Positions 63,894 through 64,000 of a stretch of 64,000 nucleotides of DNA are shown piece after piece. The notes below the pieces were generated by a model. The model was not told the origin of the DNA. It searched no databases and worked only from the letters and a program-made list of their open reading frames with translations. Position 1 is the stretch's first letter. Every line of letters begins with the position of its first letter. A program made the position numbers and the translations under genes. The stretch comes from Gemmatimonadota bacterium (GTDB taxonomy: Bacteria > Latescibacterota > UBA2968 > UBA8231): contig JABHFS010000116.1 of NCBI GenBank assembly GCA_018672475.1, forward strand, positions 621 through 64,620, written 5' to 3'.

Positions 63894-64000
63894 TAGAATT
63901 GCGAAAATTCGAAGCTGGTTTCTTCTTTCGTTTCTTCTTTCGTGTCTTCTTCCGTTTCCCACCGATCTTCGAACTCGGTGCGCTCGGCATCGCCCCAAAG

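Noticed and set aside
1-64000. CRISPR arrays, tRNA/rRNA genes, transposases/integrases, phage genes, restriction-modification or other known defence systems
   Set aside because: No regularly spaced direct repeats, no cloverleaf-like conserved tRNA features found in intergenic regions, and no ORF with nuclease, helicase, integrase or transposase motifs. The window appears free of these.
63894-64000. Purine-rich GAA/GAAAG repeat tract ('ggaagaagacacgaaagaagaaacgaaagaagaaacc' on the minus strand) upstream of mtnA, and a 72-aa Lys-rich ORF 63772..63990
   Set aside because: The low-complexity Lys-rich translation is a by-product of the purine tract. It is probably 5' UTR or RBS context, and the window edge prevents further interpretation.

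Overview
This is a high-GC (~60-63%) bacterial chromosomal window. It has three recognisable parts and no rRNA, tRNA or CRISPR array.

Phylogenetic hints point to an FCB-group organism, Gemmatimonadota-like or a related candidate phylum. The hints are: a ~290-aa primary sigma factor almost collinear with the Bacteroidetes-type sigmaA; a T9SS type-A C-terminal sorting domain ('NYPNPFNP...') on a PQQ sugar dehydrogenase; and 'FTPNGDGIND'-type FlgD-Ig-like/T9SS-like C-terminal domains on several large secreted proteins.

Part A (1 to ~31.7 kb) is a densely packed catabolic island, mostly on the minus strand. It encodes a sulfatase, a heparinase II/III-like lyase, an SGNH hydrolase, a UxuA-like TIM-barrel protein, an enolase-superfamily (MR) dehydratase, two HpcH/HpaI aldolases, an Ldh_2 dehydrogenase, a D-2-hydroxyacid dehydrogenase, two Gfo/Idh/MocA and two SDR oxidoreductases, and cyclase, VOC, bicupin and MBL proteins. 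It also holds two GT-C+TPR (TMTC-like) membrane proteins and an unusual pile-up of at least six phytanoyl-CoA-dioxygenase (PhyH) family paralogs.

Part B (~31.9-47.7 kb) is the most unusual locus. Four divergent paralogs (617-879 aa) of a secreted multidomain protein each carry a signal peptide, discoidin/F5-8-type-C-like module(s) and a C-terminal FlgD-Ig/T9SS-like domain. They are interleaved with an 890-aa aromatic/Asp-rich putative outer-membrane protein, a secreted CBM-like protein, a SurA-like PPIase chaperone and a purple-acid-phosphatase-like metallophosphoesterase. This looks like an uncharacterised cell-surface carbohydrate-binding/export module coupled to the catabolic island.

Part C (~47.7-64 kb) is housekeeping. 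It encodes Gfo/Idh/MocA, an MBL hydrolase, MazG plus a small MazG-like protein, the sigmaA-like factor, an orphan ParA, a receiver-less sigma-54 activator, and a TPR-rodA-mrdA-mreD-mltD-SPOR-mtnA block.

It also contains a frameshifted, N-terminally truncated response-regulator receiver pseudogene and a small 37-aa hydrophobic ORF in an AT-rich spacer.

Many ORF-track entries have long Arg-rich N-terminal extensions or antisense Arg/Pro-rich ORFs; these are GC-frame artefacts, and internal starts were chosen where a signal peptide, family N-terminus or RBS supports them.
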